A DNA stretch of 63,784 nucleotides, the filler included, from Choristocarpus tenellus KU-1152 (Eukaryota > Protista > Phaeophyceae): assembly GCA_964200185.2 (NCBI GenBank). It is 9 parts of 9 records of this genome, joined end to end, with 100 filler letters (N's around TTAATTAATTAA, not from the genome) between each part and the next. Parts side by side here need not be neighbours in the genome. Positions count along the whole stretch, not along the records: positions 38,845 to 47,361 come from CAXNAD020004628.1; positions 47,462 to 52,671 come from CAXNAD020011496.1; 7 more parts are not named here. One strand, 5' to 3'. This document shows, one piece after another, positions 39,513-52,552 of the stretch (the stretch's first letter is position 1; the number at the start of each line of letters is the position of its first letter). The notes beneath the pieces are model-generated. The model saw only the letters and a program-made list of their open reading frames with translations. It searched no databases and was not told the DNA's origin. A program made the position numbers and the translations under genes.

Positions 39513-40667
39513 CCCTTGCGTTTCTTATGTTAGGCCAAGAACTTGATGGGGAATGAGGGCTGCGGTGCCAGGAATTGCTTGCGTTTAGAAAAGCAAAGAA
39601 ACTACAATAATGAAGAAAATGACTCGGTCGCACCTAGGGCTGTTGTCCTCGTTGCTACCACGTCTGCTGCATCTACTGCTGGTTGAGTCATCAGTGTTGC
39701 TGTCTCTCTTCCTAGCCACAAAGCGCCTGCGTTCATACTTGTCCCTGATCCACTTCTCCCGCTCACGGACAGTGGCATGCTCTCGTGGAACAGGATAACC
39801 TTCAGGGACTTCAGCCTCAAAGAAAGCCTTACCCTTGGTGTTACCCATCTCTTCCATTCCCTGATTAAAGACGGAAGGGGAAAAGGTCAATCAAAGTCAA
39901 GGCTAGGTACGGGAGGAGAGGATAGACAGTGGGTGTGGCGAGCAGTTTAAGCATAGAATGGGACTAAAGAGGTTATACTCGGAAGAAGATCGACAGCTAT
40001 CACCATGATCAAGCGTAAGAGTTCCGTCCTATAGGTCCCAAACTTTTTCACAGGAGGCCCTGGACTTGTTAAGGCAAAACTAAAGCTATTGAGGCCATTT
40101 GATCAGCACAAGGTTTCTGTTTTCTCTTGCTACGTCCTGATGGGGTGACGTTCAATATGGAATATGCTGCTTCTTGTCCCTAAACGAATTTCTTACGCCC
40201 ATCTGGAGACGGTTGTCCTTTCCCCAACCTCCGCCCAGTCTCACCTTGACCTGAGATACAGTCCAATTATCCAAGTTGACACTCCGCACAAACGAGATAT
40301 GTACGCCGAGATTGCGGTGAACACCGGAGCATTCCAAGCAAATGAAAAGCCCAAGGTTAACGGAGGCCCATCGTGGCTCTGCCCATACAGCAAATGGGAA
40401 GCGCACTCAGAAGTAATAAAATACGACAGAAGACATCATAGGCACATTCTACCCAATAGCCAATACAAGTTTTTTCAGTCAATACTAAGTTGCAATGGAA
40501 CTCTATTGAAGACCACTACTGATAGGGGAGAGACTTCAGGTCGCGGAGGAACTAGGCATCTGAGCAGAATACAACGTACCTCGCGTCCCACAATCAGCGC
40601 AATACTTGTTGTTATCGCTCTTAACCAGGGACATTAGGCGTCTTTTCAAGGCTTGCTGGTCCGCCAT
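39513..40667 (-). CDS. ArfGAP, SMAP/AGD5-type; 3' partial
   Basis: Exons 40667-40580, 40378-40245, 39860-39634, probably 39559-39513. Motif '[10 protein letters not shown]|[39 protein letters not shown]...MGN...[13 protein letters not shown]'. Confidence 0.92.
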
Positions 40668-41391
40668 CGTCCCCTGTAGTGTGAGCACACGGAAGTACAA
40701 TGTGTATAGTGGCACTAAGGGAAGCAAAATAGAGAACGGAGACAACACCATCAGAGCACAGGTCATTCCTCCCCTTCACCACAAGATTTTTCATTATAGT
40801 ACGGCCATCACCAATCAGTCGGATTACGCCCATTCACTTCAACACAACGAAGAAGACTGCTGTCAACGAGGATATACCACTAAAGAGTTTGGTCCTGTGG
40901 CGGTCTACATTAAGCAAGATTTTACGAGGTAAGACTTTCCCGTAGCCCAGAAAAAACAAGTTATACAAACCGTAAGTGGAAGCACCCTATCCCTCCCTTC
41001 CCCCGCGTCGTCGTAGCTCTCCCTCCCTGGCTTGATCCCAAAGCAATATAGCTACCCACAGTGATTTGGCGTCAACCGAAAAATTGAACCCAACCTAGTC
41101 TTTTTCTTTTTTTGAAAGCGTGAAGCAAAATTTGGGGAACCTTTTACTAACACTACTGGGCTAACAACATAAGACTTCCCCTTACAGACAGAAGTCCTAC
41201 CTTGTCTTTATATTTCCCTCTTCTTTGATATCTCTGTTGGGTTGGATACTTCACTAATTTCCTGCTTGACGGAGAGCTGGGGCGGGGTGGGGTCGTCTCG
41301 TTCCCCGCCCAGCATCTTTCGACATCTTTTTTGGAGACATCACAATCTTTAGGAGAGGCGAAGAGAGGGTGGGTTCAAACCACCTACAACA

Positions 41392-44300
41392 ATGGCAGAG
41401 GAGGAGGAAAACACTTGGGCCTGTGAGGTATGCCTATCAATTCTGTGGTATATCACGGCTTGATCCACTTTGGTAGGCATATATCCGACGGGGGAGAATG
41501 AGCAGAGGATGTGAACCGGCAAAATTGTGTAGCTCAAACTTCTCACAAATATCGAACCTTGCCCACCTGGACCCAATACCGCAAAAAATCCAACCTTCAC
41601 TCCTCATCTCCGCCATTTTAATCAAGGCGTGCACCTTCGAGAATCGCCAGGGCGCCTCTGCGTGCGACATCTGTGGTACACGCAATCCTCGAGGATGTGG
41701 GAAGTCATCCAGCAGTGACGGCAATGCTGCTGATGGTGGAGTGTCGGCCTATTGGTCGTGCAAGGTGCGTTCTTCTCATATTAGTTTGTTTTAATTTTTG
41801 GTCATTAATAATTGCTTGTATGTTGGGAAGGAAGGCTGTAGGGTCCATCTTCACCCCACACAGGATCGGAGTGCCGCCCATAAGTGGTTTTGCAGTAATT
41901 GTTTTGGACGTACTCCATTAGTTGTCTACAGAAAGCATCTTCTTATGATCGTTCTTCCCAAGGTGCTCCATAGGTAGTGTGAGCCGAAAGGGTTCAACAG
42001 GCGCTTGAAAATAGCATCCTTAACTGAATCTTGAACTTCAAAAAAGGCAGTTAAATTAACGCTGTGTACAATAGTCCTCAAAATGCATTTTTTTCAATTA
42101 GTTCGAGACAATGCACGTGCACAGGGCTATTGCAGCCTATTCCAATGGGCACACTTTGTAGGTTGTGGTGCTCCTTCAAGTCCCACCAATCCATACCGGG
42201 CGAAACGCCTGCAAGCATATGTGGCTGTATCTCAAAAACCAGTTATTTTGATCCATTTTAAAGCTCTCAGCTGCTCCGCGGCGGCCTTTGATGTGCAAAT
42301 GTAAGCATTTCTCTGTGAGCAATATAGTCCCGATTTCTTGTGAAGACCTAAACAGATCGAGTTGTTTTGTTGGAGCCATGCAGAGGTCAGGAATCATATT
42401 TCGGCTTCTTCCTAACCGGACTTACAAACAAGTCCTCCTTGGTCAACTCCAGCTCGCTCGCCTGATGGGTGATCTTGCCATTTGTCATCGTGCAACACTC
42501 AACTTCATTGGTACTCTTTTAGCTTGTAAAGTCAAAGAGTCGAAATCCCTAAGACGCCCTTACAACCACTTTGTGTGGTGAATAACGACATTGCTTGACT
42601 TGACAGTTTCATTCCTGTTTGAAGGGTGATGCCCCAGTGTTCCCAACTTCAGAGATGTCATTCTTGTGAGTTCCTCTTTGGTAGATTTGCAAAGGCATAG
42701 ATACTAATGTAGCCATTAAAGGGCAGATGCCTGCTGAGCAGTACAACTCCCCTGATCACATCCTTGGACGTGTCAAGAAGAAGGTGCAGATCCTAGGAAA
42801 TGCTTGGGAGTATCTTGTGTCAGAGATATCTACACCTTGTACCCTCGCATGTTCCTGTTTTTCTTATACTCCAGTGTTGGTACTAGGACTCTCATATGTG
42901 TTTCTTTACCTGTTCCTTTTTTAACGATTATATAGAGCATAAACAGTTCAACCCTTCATTGACTATCTCTGCCATTGTTCATTGCATTGGGTGGTTACTG
43001 TTGCTGTGGCTGCGAACTCTGTCTGCTTTTCCTGTGATTCTGATCCTGAGCTGTGCAGGCGTGCACAATGCAAAATCCATCGGGCGCCTTCACCTGCCAC
43101 CTCTGCAGCACTGTGGACGAGGACCAAAGGACCAAGGTCCAAGAGTCGGGGGACGGGGGAGAGGAGGATGGTGTCTCACCCGCGCTGCTAGAGAGACTGG
43201 CCAAGGATGGGCACTTTTCCCTGCAGACCTATCTTGTGTGTAAACAACAGTGTGTTGAGTCACTATGTCTGCTGTGCCAGGTGGCATCTGTTACCTTGAT
43301 AAGAGTCACTGCGATGCACCATTTTCACCTCACCCTCCCATCCTGATATGTAACCCCCTCCATGCCCCTCCCCCCCCATTGTTCGAATGAAGACGAAGCT
43401 GTGCCATACCCTAGCACTGGCGGCGGCAGAGGCAGATGCTGGCATGTCAAGGCCAAGCATAGACAAGGCCTATATCCCAATCCTCCTTGAGCTTATGTCC
43501 AACCCTACTCGGGTTGGTGGGCCAGATGTTCCATTGCAAGCGTGTCGTGCGCTCAACTACTTCCTGCAGGTACAACTTTCAGTCTTTGGCAGAAGATCTG
43601 TGGTGTATGACATGGAGGACTTGGTAGATTGTGTAGGGCCTTTGTACGTTGAAATTTCCTGGAAAGCGCTCTCTGTATTCTCGGTGTTTAGTGGGATTTT
43701 TCTTTCACTCTAAAACATGTTTATTCTGGGTATGTTCAGGAATAAACTGTGCTTGTGGAGCAAATGGTACGGTGAAAGCAACCCATGTTTAGTTCGCTTG
43801 ACGGCCCCATCGACTCTTTGACCAGACTCGACTTTATACCCAATCACAGTGATTACTGTCGTCTGGGTCCCATCAATTCTTAACGGAATTTTTAGCCCTT
43901 GCTTCATCTATCTTTTTTCCTTCTCGGAAATACGTTCTGGTGCCTTTGGTGTGTGTGTGCCTTGCATTCACTTTTCATCAATTTCCCCCTCTTTCTGATT
44001 GCTTTCGTATCGGGGTGACTGCGTAGCAGACAAAGATGCTTTTGTGTCTACGTCTGATTGATGGTGTGCTTTTTCTCCCCCCTCCCTGTCCTCTCTACTT
44101 GTTTTGTGAGCAGAATCACTGTTCAGAGAGCCATATTCAGTTTGAGGTTTGATCCACGCAAATTTTCTTGTACTTCTGAGCTACTATTCATGAGCCTTTT
44201 TACCCGTGCCTTTATTGTCCACTGTCATTTTGAACCTTCTCTTTGCCCCTCCCCCCAAGTTTTGCCTTGTGATGTACTTAATTTGCTTCTTGAAGCTTAT

Positions 44301-47300
44301 TATCGTCATTTCACATTGCAGTTCTGTTGTCCCCCCCCCCCCCACCCCCCATCCCCTCTGGACATTTTGTGTGCTGTGATCTTTTGCTGCTCATGTCCGG
44401 GTAAAACTATTTTGTTATGCTTCCCCGCGAAGATCGGGGCTGCTTCAGAGGTTGGTGCTCAGAGAGGTGTGCGGTTATATGCTCTTTGTATTACTTGTGC
44501 AGCTGCTGCAGGGACTGCTGAGTTTCAGGTGCTGCTTCTTGGTTTTGCCATTCCCACCCACCCTTACCTTGGATCCTCCATTACTTCGCTTGAAGCTTGG
44601 GATTGTTTTTCGACTGCGTTGGCGAAAGATTGAAGTTGGATTATGGTGTGTTTCAATGATCGTTGTAGATGGGAATTTTTCTCGTTATTAGGAACCCTTT
44701 TTTTCCCCCTTTTTCTTGACATCGGTGTAACTGCTGGACAGACAGCCTTTAAGTAATAGTAGTTCCTCAGGTATTGTATTTTTGCTAGTTGCATTGTGCT
44801 CGTGTTAATTGCTTATCACCATGCTCTCTTAACCGGATGTGTAGAAGGTATACCTTATTCTCACTCCTGTGTACCTGCGAGTATTTGGTGCTCTACCTTG
44901 GCATGAAACATAAAGTCTTCTTCCTGCGGCACGGTGTTGCTCAAATTTGACGATGCTTTGGCGCACTTGTGTATCATGCCCTGGTCGAGATGTTGTTGGT
45001 GCAAACACTTGCTCTAGAGAAATTAAGAACCAAGAAGTGCATCGTGCAGATTGTAAGCTGTTACTTTCAGTATGTGATGGAAGGGACTTCCAAATGTGTA
45101 TGGTCACACACTGGTGTAGCGTGGGGGTATTATCTGGCTTTGAATGCTTGTGGAAAGTGTTTATCGAGAGTGCATTGGTGAAAAAAATGGACTATCAGCT
45201 TTCGTTTATTTCTTCAAATGTGCTTGGGAGTACTCAACATTTTGAAACGCAGGCGAGGCTTAAATTCGATGGCCAATCACATGTGTGTACCAGTTTTGAA
45301 GTAGAAACATCTTGGTGGCCTAGATGGACAGATGACTGTAGTTACATGTAACGTTTGGCTCGTTCTTGTTAGTGTACCTATGAGTATATATTGGAAAAGG
45401 AGATTAGATACGGGGAATCAAGGCCGTTCCATTTTTTTCCTATTTCTCCCCTGCACTTCAGCTCAATTTCGTTGCCGGCAACTGAAAACCCCCACAAGAA
45501 GATATTCTCCATACTCAACTGCAACCTACCTACCCCACCGTAGTATTGACCCTAACCCTATGTTCTTTCTGTACCCTTCTTACCTGTCATGCAACCAACT
45601 TACATACTTTATTCTTACAAATTTTGTTTTCTCTTTGTAGGAGCTTGGCCAGGAGGCGGTGTGTGGTTTGGATCTGCTCTGCCGTTCCTCGTTGGAATAC
45701 CTGAGGGAGCTGGCAGACACAGACATTGGGGAAGGGGGTGCAAGGGTCTTGGCATCCTTTGTGAGGGCTGTGTATCGATCTCCTCCTAGCAGGTTTGTTG
45801 GTCTCTGTTTCCATATTTTTTTGGCCTTTCAAGCGGGGTTTTAGTGTAGTGACACTTTTTCGCTGTTTTTAGATTGCATGCATTTGACAGTTTTTAGCTC
45901 GGTATGTGTTGGTGAGGTGCATCAATCCACCCCTTCCAGAACAAGAAAGTGAACATATGTTTCATTGCTACCGTACAACCCCCCCCCCTTTTTTTGCATT
46001 TCCAAACACCCTAAATATGTGAGGTGCGAATGCGTTCAAGTAGGGTGGGATCTGGGGGGGGGGGGGGGTTCAAGTGAAGATGGAAAGGATCGACCAGAGT
46101 AGTTCTTGGTTCACAGTTCCATGGATATTTTTACTCCTTTCATTTCGCAGTGGCCCATCTTTAACTTGATCCGTTTCTACTGTAGACGTTGGCCTCCTGT
46201 CTCCCCAACCACCTTTTTGGTCTTTGAAGATTTACGTACTTCTGAATGTGAACACTCATAGTTTCTTTTTCAACAAGGGAAATATACTCCCTATTGTGCC
46301 ATTGCTTATCAAAGAACTTTTGGGGAGGGTAGAAAACACTCTAAAGTATTAAGTTGTAACTGTACCTTGTACCTTGCAGTGACAGGTGTGCCATTTCTGT
46401 GGTGTCTTCGTTGTTGTTTGCCTGCCTGCCCTTGTTGCCAATCGCTGCTAAAAATAACACTCGAAAGTAATAGACGTTTGTCAGGAGCTTCTGCTGTCTC
46501 ACCTACCACAGTGGGCCTAACCAGAGGCATTGGTATGGAAGATGATGACCGTGGATCGGGGGCACCACCAGCTACTGCAGGCGCTGAAGCTGCGGTTACG
46601 AAAGCCTTCGCATTGCTCTCCCCCCTGTTAGACCTGCACTCAATCTCTGGCCGGGTAAGTGGTGCAGGTGGTGCAATAGCCATGGCTGGGGTTGATGTTG
46701 GAGATTGGGTGCAGGGGAGGAGGGGAGGGACTTCGGTGGATGGCGATCTTGAGGCTGTTATCGGAGCGCTGTTGGCAGCCTTACGACGTGGCTCCTTGGC
46801 CAACCGGGAAGCTGCTTTATCAGCCCTGGGGTCAAAAGTGCTGCCACGATTGGAGCAGAGGGGGGACTTAGGTGGTACGTCCACTGGGGGAGGGGAGGGC
46901 AGTAGAGGTGAACGAGAGTGGCTGAGAGACTTGATCATGGATGAGGGCCTCCTGTTTGCAGTCATTGCGGATCACTCTCCCCGGGCTGTAGAGTGCTGTG
47001 TACGGGCGCTTGGCCTGGCATACCGACTTTTGGCATCCTCTCCTGAGCTCATGTCACTTGCCCTTAAGGCTGAGTGTCCTCTTCTACTGGCCGTGCTTGG
47101 CGTGCTGGACAGCGAGGGTGGTGGCTTTGGTTGGGGTGGCGGTGTCCATTGTGGAAGTGGGGGGGCTGACAGGGGCAGGGGGAGTGCTGGAGTTGATTTG
47201 CACACCCGGAGAGACTCGACTTCGTCAGTAGGTAGTGTAACCAATCCAGGGACGCCGCGACTTGGTCCACGCACTCCGAGGTTGTCTGGAAAGTCAGGGA

Positions 47301-47361
47301 CAGAGGGGAAGGGGGTTCTCGAGGGGGAGGCATTGGGTCGCAGTGGATTGGCAGCCGTAAG
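41392..47361 (+). CDS. Protein with two RanBP2/NZF zinc fingers followed by a TRIP12/UPL3/Ufd4-like ARM region; 3' partial
   Basis: Exons 41392-41427, 41627-41764, 43059-43280, 43399-43569, 44433-44528, 45641-45792, 46474 to near contig end. Fingers WACE|ACTFEN...CDIC and WSCK|ACTMQN...CHLC; ARM 'LC..L...YIPILLELM...PDVPLQACRALNYF' and 'EFQ|ELGQEAVCGL'. Confidence 0.75.
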
Positions 47362-47498
47362 NNNNNNNNNNNNNNNNNNNNNNNNNNNNNNNNNNNNNNN
47401 NNNNNTTAATTAATTAANNNNNNNNNNNNNNNNNNNNNNNNNNNNNNNNNNNNNNNNNNNNGAGTGACTAAGGTGGAATGACCCCTGCCGAAGGGATG

Positions 47499-47681
47499 AG
47501 GCTCACAGTATCTGGGGGGGGGAGGGGGGGTCAACACCAGGGTGTCCATTCCGACCCTGACCATGAGAAGTGCACTTATATTATCCATCCGACACATGCA
47601 TCAAATCACCCAAAAATTACGACATGGAAAAATAGGCCCTGAATGGACAGCCGTCACCCCTCCCCCAGAGACTTTGAGCCC
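47499..47681. mobile_element. MITE family B copy
   Basis: AGGCTCACAGTATCTGGGGG ... CCCCCAGAGACTTTGAGCCC; flanks GATG/GATA. Confidence 0.75.
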
Positions 47682-49319
47682 GATATTGCTTGTCTTGTAG
47701 GAGGGTGTCAATCCTTGACAGTGATTTGCCTACAAAATAGTGGAAAGATACATCAGCGAGACGTCTCCAGCACCACTGTGCCTGATAGAGCTCAGGACAG
47801 CAGGAGTAAAACGGTAAATCTTTCCTGGTCTATGCCCTATAACGACTCTCAGGCAATGGCATAATACTGTGAACTCCCACAGGAATGGCAACTTCCTGAT
47901 CGGAAGATCCATACTCCAGTAGTTGCCGAGGCTAGCTGTGAATGGGGGCGGCGAACTCAAGAATGCCTCCCACACCAAACAGCAATGAGAGTCGGATGAC
48001 ATCCAATATGTCATCATCCATGAGCTATCAATTGCCAACTTGCTTCAAATGTCTTGGGTTGATCAAAGGCTGGGGCAGGCAACTGGTCGTGGGATAAAGC
48101 TCTCTGGGGATATGTCTATCGGAGGTGCCCGAAGTAGAAGTTGATCATAACATTGAAAAGGGACAAACAGCTACTCCAGGTTTGGCAATGTACTAGAATC
48201 CACAATCTACATATCTAGGGTGGCGAAGGTCATGCTCTACACAACCGGTGGTAGGAGACAGATCTTACGAACAGAATTGGAGGTCTTTTCAAGGTCATTG
48301 TTTGTGTATGCTAAGGAAGAGGACAACCCAGATTGCCTGCCTTTGTTTTCACTGAGTTTGATGGCCAAAAAGGTCCCATCTGTTACACCAAACAAGTACC
48401 GCAAATGTGCACCCGCCTTTCCATAGAGGGATCATGGTAAGGCAATGGGATTGAAAAAATGCCACGTACAATGTTAGCTCCCCCTCACCTTGTGCTGGCC
48501 AATCACCATGCATGACGTGCAAGGGAAGACATCACGCAAGTTTGTGTCCAACATCAGACAGAACAGGCCTCATTCTTGTTTGTCTCAGTAGGGTAATGCA
48601 TGTTCGAGATGTAATAGTGGATGTTATATAATATAATTGACTGGGCAAGGTCAGGGGCAATCTGGTGGTAGAGGTCAGGATCGAAGAGGAAGAAAGTTCC
48701 GTCACCTATCAGTCGCCCTCCTCTAGAGACTCCAAGAGGGACAAGGTTTGTGTGTGTATGCGGGAGATGGGGGACTGTACCTGTCTAAGTAGAAAACCGC
48801 ATAACAAATATAGTATACACCTTCACTTTGGTGTGCACCAGGGGGTTATAGATGGTAGCAATGACACATATTTCCGACGCGCAAAGTCAATAACAGATGT
48901 ATCAAAACAGTGGACATGCCATACCTTACACACCAGGTTCATACCGTGCAAAGAAAAAATCGCACCTTCTGCACACACAGACCTTTCCACTCTAGCTGGT
49001 CCAACAGGCATGTTCTGAATCGTGTTAAGGGGGGTTCTCACAGCAAGTGCAAATGTCCACAGTTTCACTTCTGGTGACAGCTGCACCTATCTTCACTTTG
49101 TTAGAACTTATTAGAAAACCTCTATGCTACTGAGCAGGCCTGCTCGATAGAATAGAGATTTTCTAAAATGTTCTAATACCCTCAACTATGATAGACACGT
49201 ATTATTGTACACATACACATATAACCAGAGTATATTCTAGGGGGTGGGTGCGAACAAGCCCTATCATTTGATGGTGAAACTAACATCATTGTATCATTGC
49301 CCAAGAGGCTATACATATA

Positions 49320-50190
49320 CTCCCTCTGTCCCATAAGTCTGTGCCGTTAATTTGTAGCTTTAGAGATGACCTCCCATTTCAAAACGAAATTTCGCATTAG
49401 GTTCCTTAGAATATTCTGCATCAAATATGTATGTCTCACCTTTACTCAACAACACCAATCCACAAATCCATTGCCGCGTTGCAGGCCACTTGGTCTACTT
49501 CGGCTGCTCTAGCCAACCCACCCTTCCACTGCCTTTTTGCCCCCTGTGTGCTCTACCTCGAATTCGTTCCACTCCAACACTCTTGACACCTGATTGTACC
49601 TCTTAAACAGACTCTGCCACACCCTCTTGGGTGTGTCTGCATTGTACCAGTGGAACATGCTCTTAACCCCCTCGAAAAGGTCATCATCTCTCTCCCACTC
49701 CAAAATCCTTGGTCAAATTAGGTCCCAAGTCCCTTGGGAGTCTCTCGTGACCCAGAGGAAGAGTCAATACACAGATCAAGTGTAGTACAACCTTCTTTGG
49801 TCAGTTTGCAACTCTTTCCATGGGTCGGTGGGCTTCGCGCCAGGGATGACAGGCTTTGGGGGTCGTATGCGTGTTGTATATGAATAGACAAGATCTGTGT
49901 TCCCTTACTGGTGATGAGGAGGGTTGTTGGAGAGGTATATGCTCAAGTGCGTACCTGTGGGGTTGGTTGTGAGAGTGGTGGGCGACTCCATGTTCCATCA
50001 GCACCAAAAATATATTATTCGAATATTCCCCATTCTTTTTCCATTATTTCGGAACTATTTCACAAAATATCTTCAATTTTCGGGTTTATGATAAATTTTA
50101 CAAGGAATCCAACGCAAAGATCCGTTTTGTAATCATAGGTCATCTCGAAGAGCTACAAATGAACGGCACAGACTTAAAGGACAGAGAGAG
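49320..50190 (-). mobile_element. Internally deleted Stowaway-like mariner (DD39D) element with long TIRs and TA TSD
   Basis: TA|CTCCCTCTGTCCCATAAGTCTGTGCCGTT ... AACGGCACAGACTTAAAGGACAGAGAGAG|TA; TIR similarity extends about 95 bp. Residual transposase end 'LFEGVKSMF...RVWQSLFKRYNQV...NEFEVEHTG' at 49509-49700. Confidence 0.88.
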
Positions 50191-50559
50191 TATATTTATA
50201 TTTGAGGTACCCAGAGTTGCATTTTAAGGATGCTGGTAAATATGTACAAAATGCGTCATTTTTTAGGAATGTACAAAATTTGTTTTCCGAATTGTGTGTA
50301 ATGGTCTCAAGCAATAAGGAAATCGACCCTCTAAGTCAAATTTAGCACTTCTTCACTGTAGAAATGTGGATAAATTGCAAAAGATTGAAAAACTGTGTTA
50401 TAATGCAAAATGTCCAAAAACTGGGAACCTCTCGATTACTTGAAGATTATTCACTGCTAAGAAATGTGTACACTACTATGCTTCTACCCCACCTTAGTCC
50501 TATGAAGGTGGGTGAGGAGCTACAGAACCACCCCAAGAATCTGTAAGGACTCTTCTTGC

Positions 50560-52010
50560 CCACTAGCCCAGCGTTTCTAGGTCGAAATGCAAGTGTATCT
50601 TGAGAGAGTCACTTGTACAGTAACGAACCCTATATGTCTCAGGTGAGACTTGACAGTCCTTTTCCTGCAATACCCCCCATCCCCTCTCCCAAGTACTGAC
50701 TGCATGGGTGGCCAACTCATCCAAGAAACTCTCTGCCTTCCATTTCAAGGTGCCCCATACTTTCCACCACGAGGGTGTTAAGACCAAAACTATGTAAGTC
50801 AAAAGTCCTTCATAGTGGGGGTGCTTCTGCACCCTAGCCGTAGCAGCAGCTACACCATTGCTGGTCAATGAGTGTGGCAAATGACATCCTGCTTGGACCT
50901 CTGCAAAAGTATCATCCAGAAGGATGGCTTTTGTCCCAGTAGGGAGCTGAGCCAGAGTCTGTTAGCGCCCCAGCATTGAACACCACATTCATGTGGAAGT
51001 TCCTGTCCACTGTAAATGGTTCGCCATCCTTCATAGTGTAAGGAACGCCCATTCCCCTGCAGAGTTGGCCTAGGCGCTTCACCATAGGTGTGTGCCAGTG
51101 TACTTTTCTTCCCACCCTAGGGAAGGTGCAAGCATGTCAGATGTTGACATCGTCCTCCTGCACCTGGCCACCAGGCACCTGTTGGATAGGACCTCTTTCC
51201 TCCTTAGAGACCTGCTGACGGTGAGTCTAATCTCTATAGGAGAAATCTGGCGTGCTAGTTCTAAGGAATGCATGGAGGCCCATGTGTTGGACCCTTGTCC
51301 ACACTGCCTCAGGTGGCGTCTAGAACTAGTCAAGAACTTTCCCTCCCTTAGTTTCTGCTTCATTCGGAAGGTTGGGCAGTTATGTCCAAAAGGATTTGAG
51401 TTTAATCATATTCCGAAGGCAGGTGATTTTGTGTTGTGCCTTCCTTGCCATCCTGGCACCGTGAGCTGACATGGTGTGAACCTCCAGGACTTGAGCAGGA
51501 GTTGTTCCTGTCCAGTCTACCTAGCCTTGACAACAATCCCCACCACGTCCTCTGAAGGGACCCCCCTGATGAGAGAAGGGTGTGGATCAATGATTCTAGG
51601 GGTTGGACTGTGGAACTCACATAAATGGTTAGGCAAAAACTTCTCCATAGGGTCTTTGTTGCCTGGCTTGGAGGGTGGGGAGAATGGCAACTAGCAATCC
51701 ACAAGAGCTGCATGGTGGTGGTGCCTCATGGAGGATAGACCTTGGCACCTGAACTTGGTGCGTTTCAAGACAAAGGAATCCATTTCACACACCCCATCAA
51801 AGAACTCAGTGGTCACAGCTGAGTCTACTACCTCCATGATCTTCTCCAAGAGTCAGCTTGTTCCATGGTGGAGCATGCAAGGTGGGGGGAATGACCCTCA
51901 ATGAACAACCCAAACTGGAAGGGAGGGAACAGGAGTTGAGGACCGAGGCAACCTATTTATCCGCCATCTCACTCAGGTGCATGGCCAGCAAAGGATACGT
52001 GTTCGCCATG
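50560..52010 (-). mobile_element. Degenerate CRE-clade-like non-LTR retrotransposon, 3' part (Zn knuckle plus restriction-like endonuclease)
   Basis: 'RC...RC...HAC...H...V..L' knuckle, then 'FHMNVVF...ILLDDTF...AAA...K..HY...VVESMG.L', which matches the RLE layout (R..D...D...K...Y...VETxG); frameshifted. Confidence 0.75.
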
Positions 52011-52552
52011 ATATACCTTTCTATCGACCATTTACTGGTGCTTCTTGTCATGGCATTAACCATCGGTTCTCTGCGGGTTTGTGAACCCAATGAACACAAT
52101 TCAGAACAAGAGTGACGATGTGTACACTCAAGGAAATGGATACCATTTCAACTGTACTGTCATCATGTGTATACAAACACTAAAGCGAGATCCTCTCACA
52201 GGACGAATCAGAGTGGGGGGTGGTCACCAACATATTCTTCGTGGAGAGTAAGCAAGCCCTATTATCTTAGACACGTCAATGCCAGCAATCCTTCAAGCAC
52301 AACGCTAGTGCAGATCAAAACAGAGAGGCATTCACTACAGTAGTTGATGCAATCTGCTAGACAAATACAGCTGACTACGATGTAATGGCACCCATGTCCA
52401 CATTACAACTTCATCCCTCCACTACTTAGGCAACCCTCTAGCGAGAGCATATCCCGGAATATGTCAACAGTTACTTACAGTAGTTAGTATGAGAAGTAAT
52501 TGTGCAATTTGTAATTCTTCTGACCACCAACAGCCGGGATAGTCCCTAGCAA

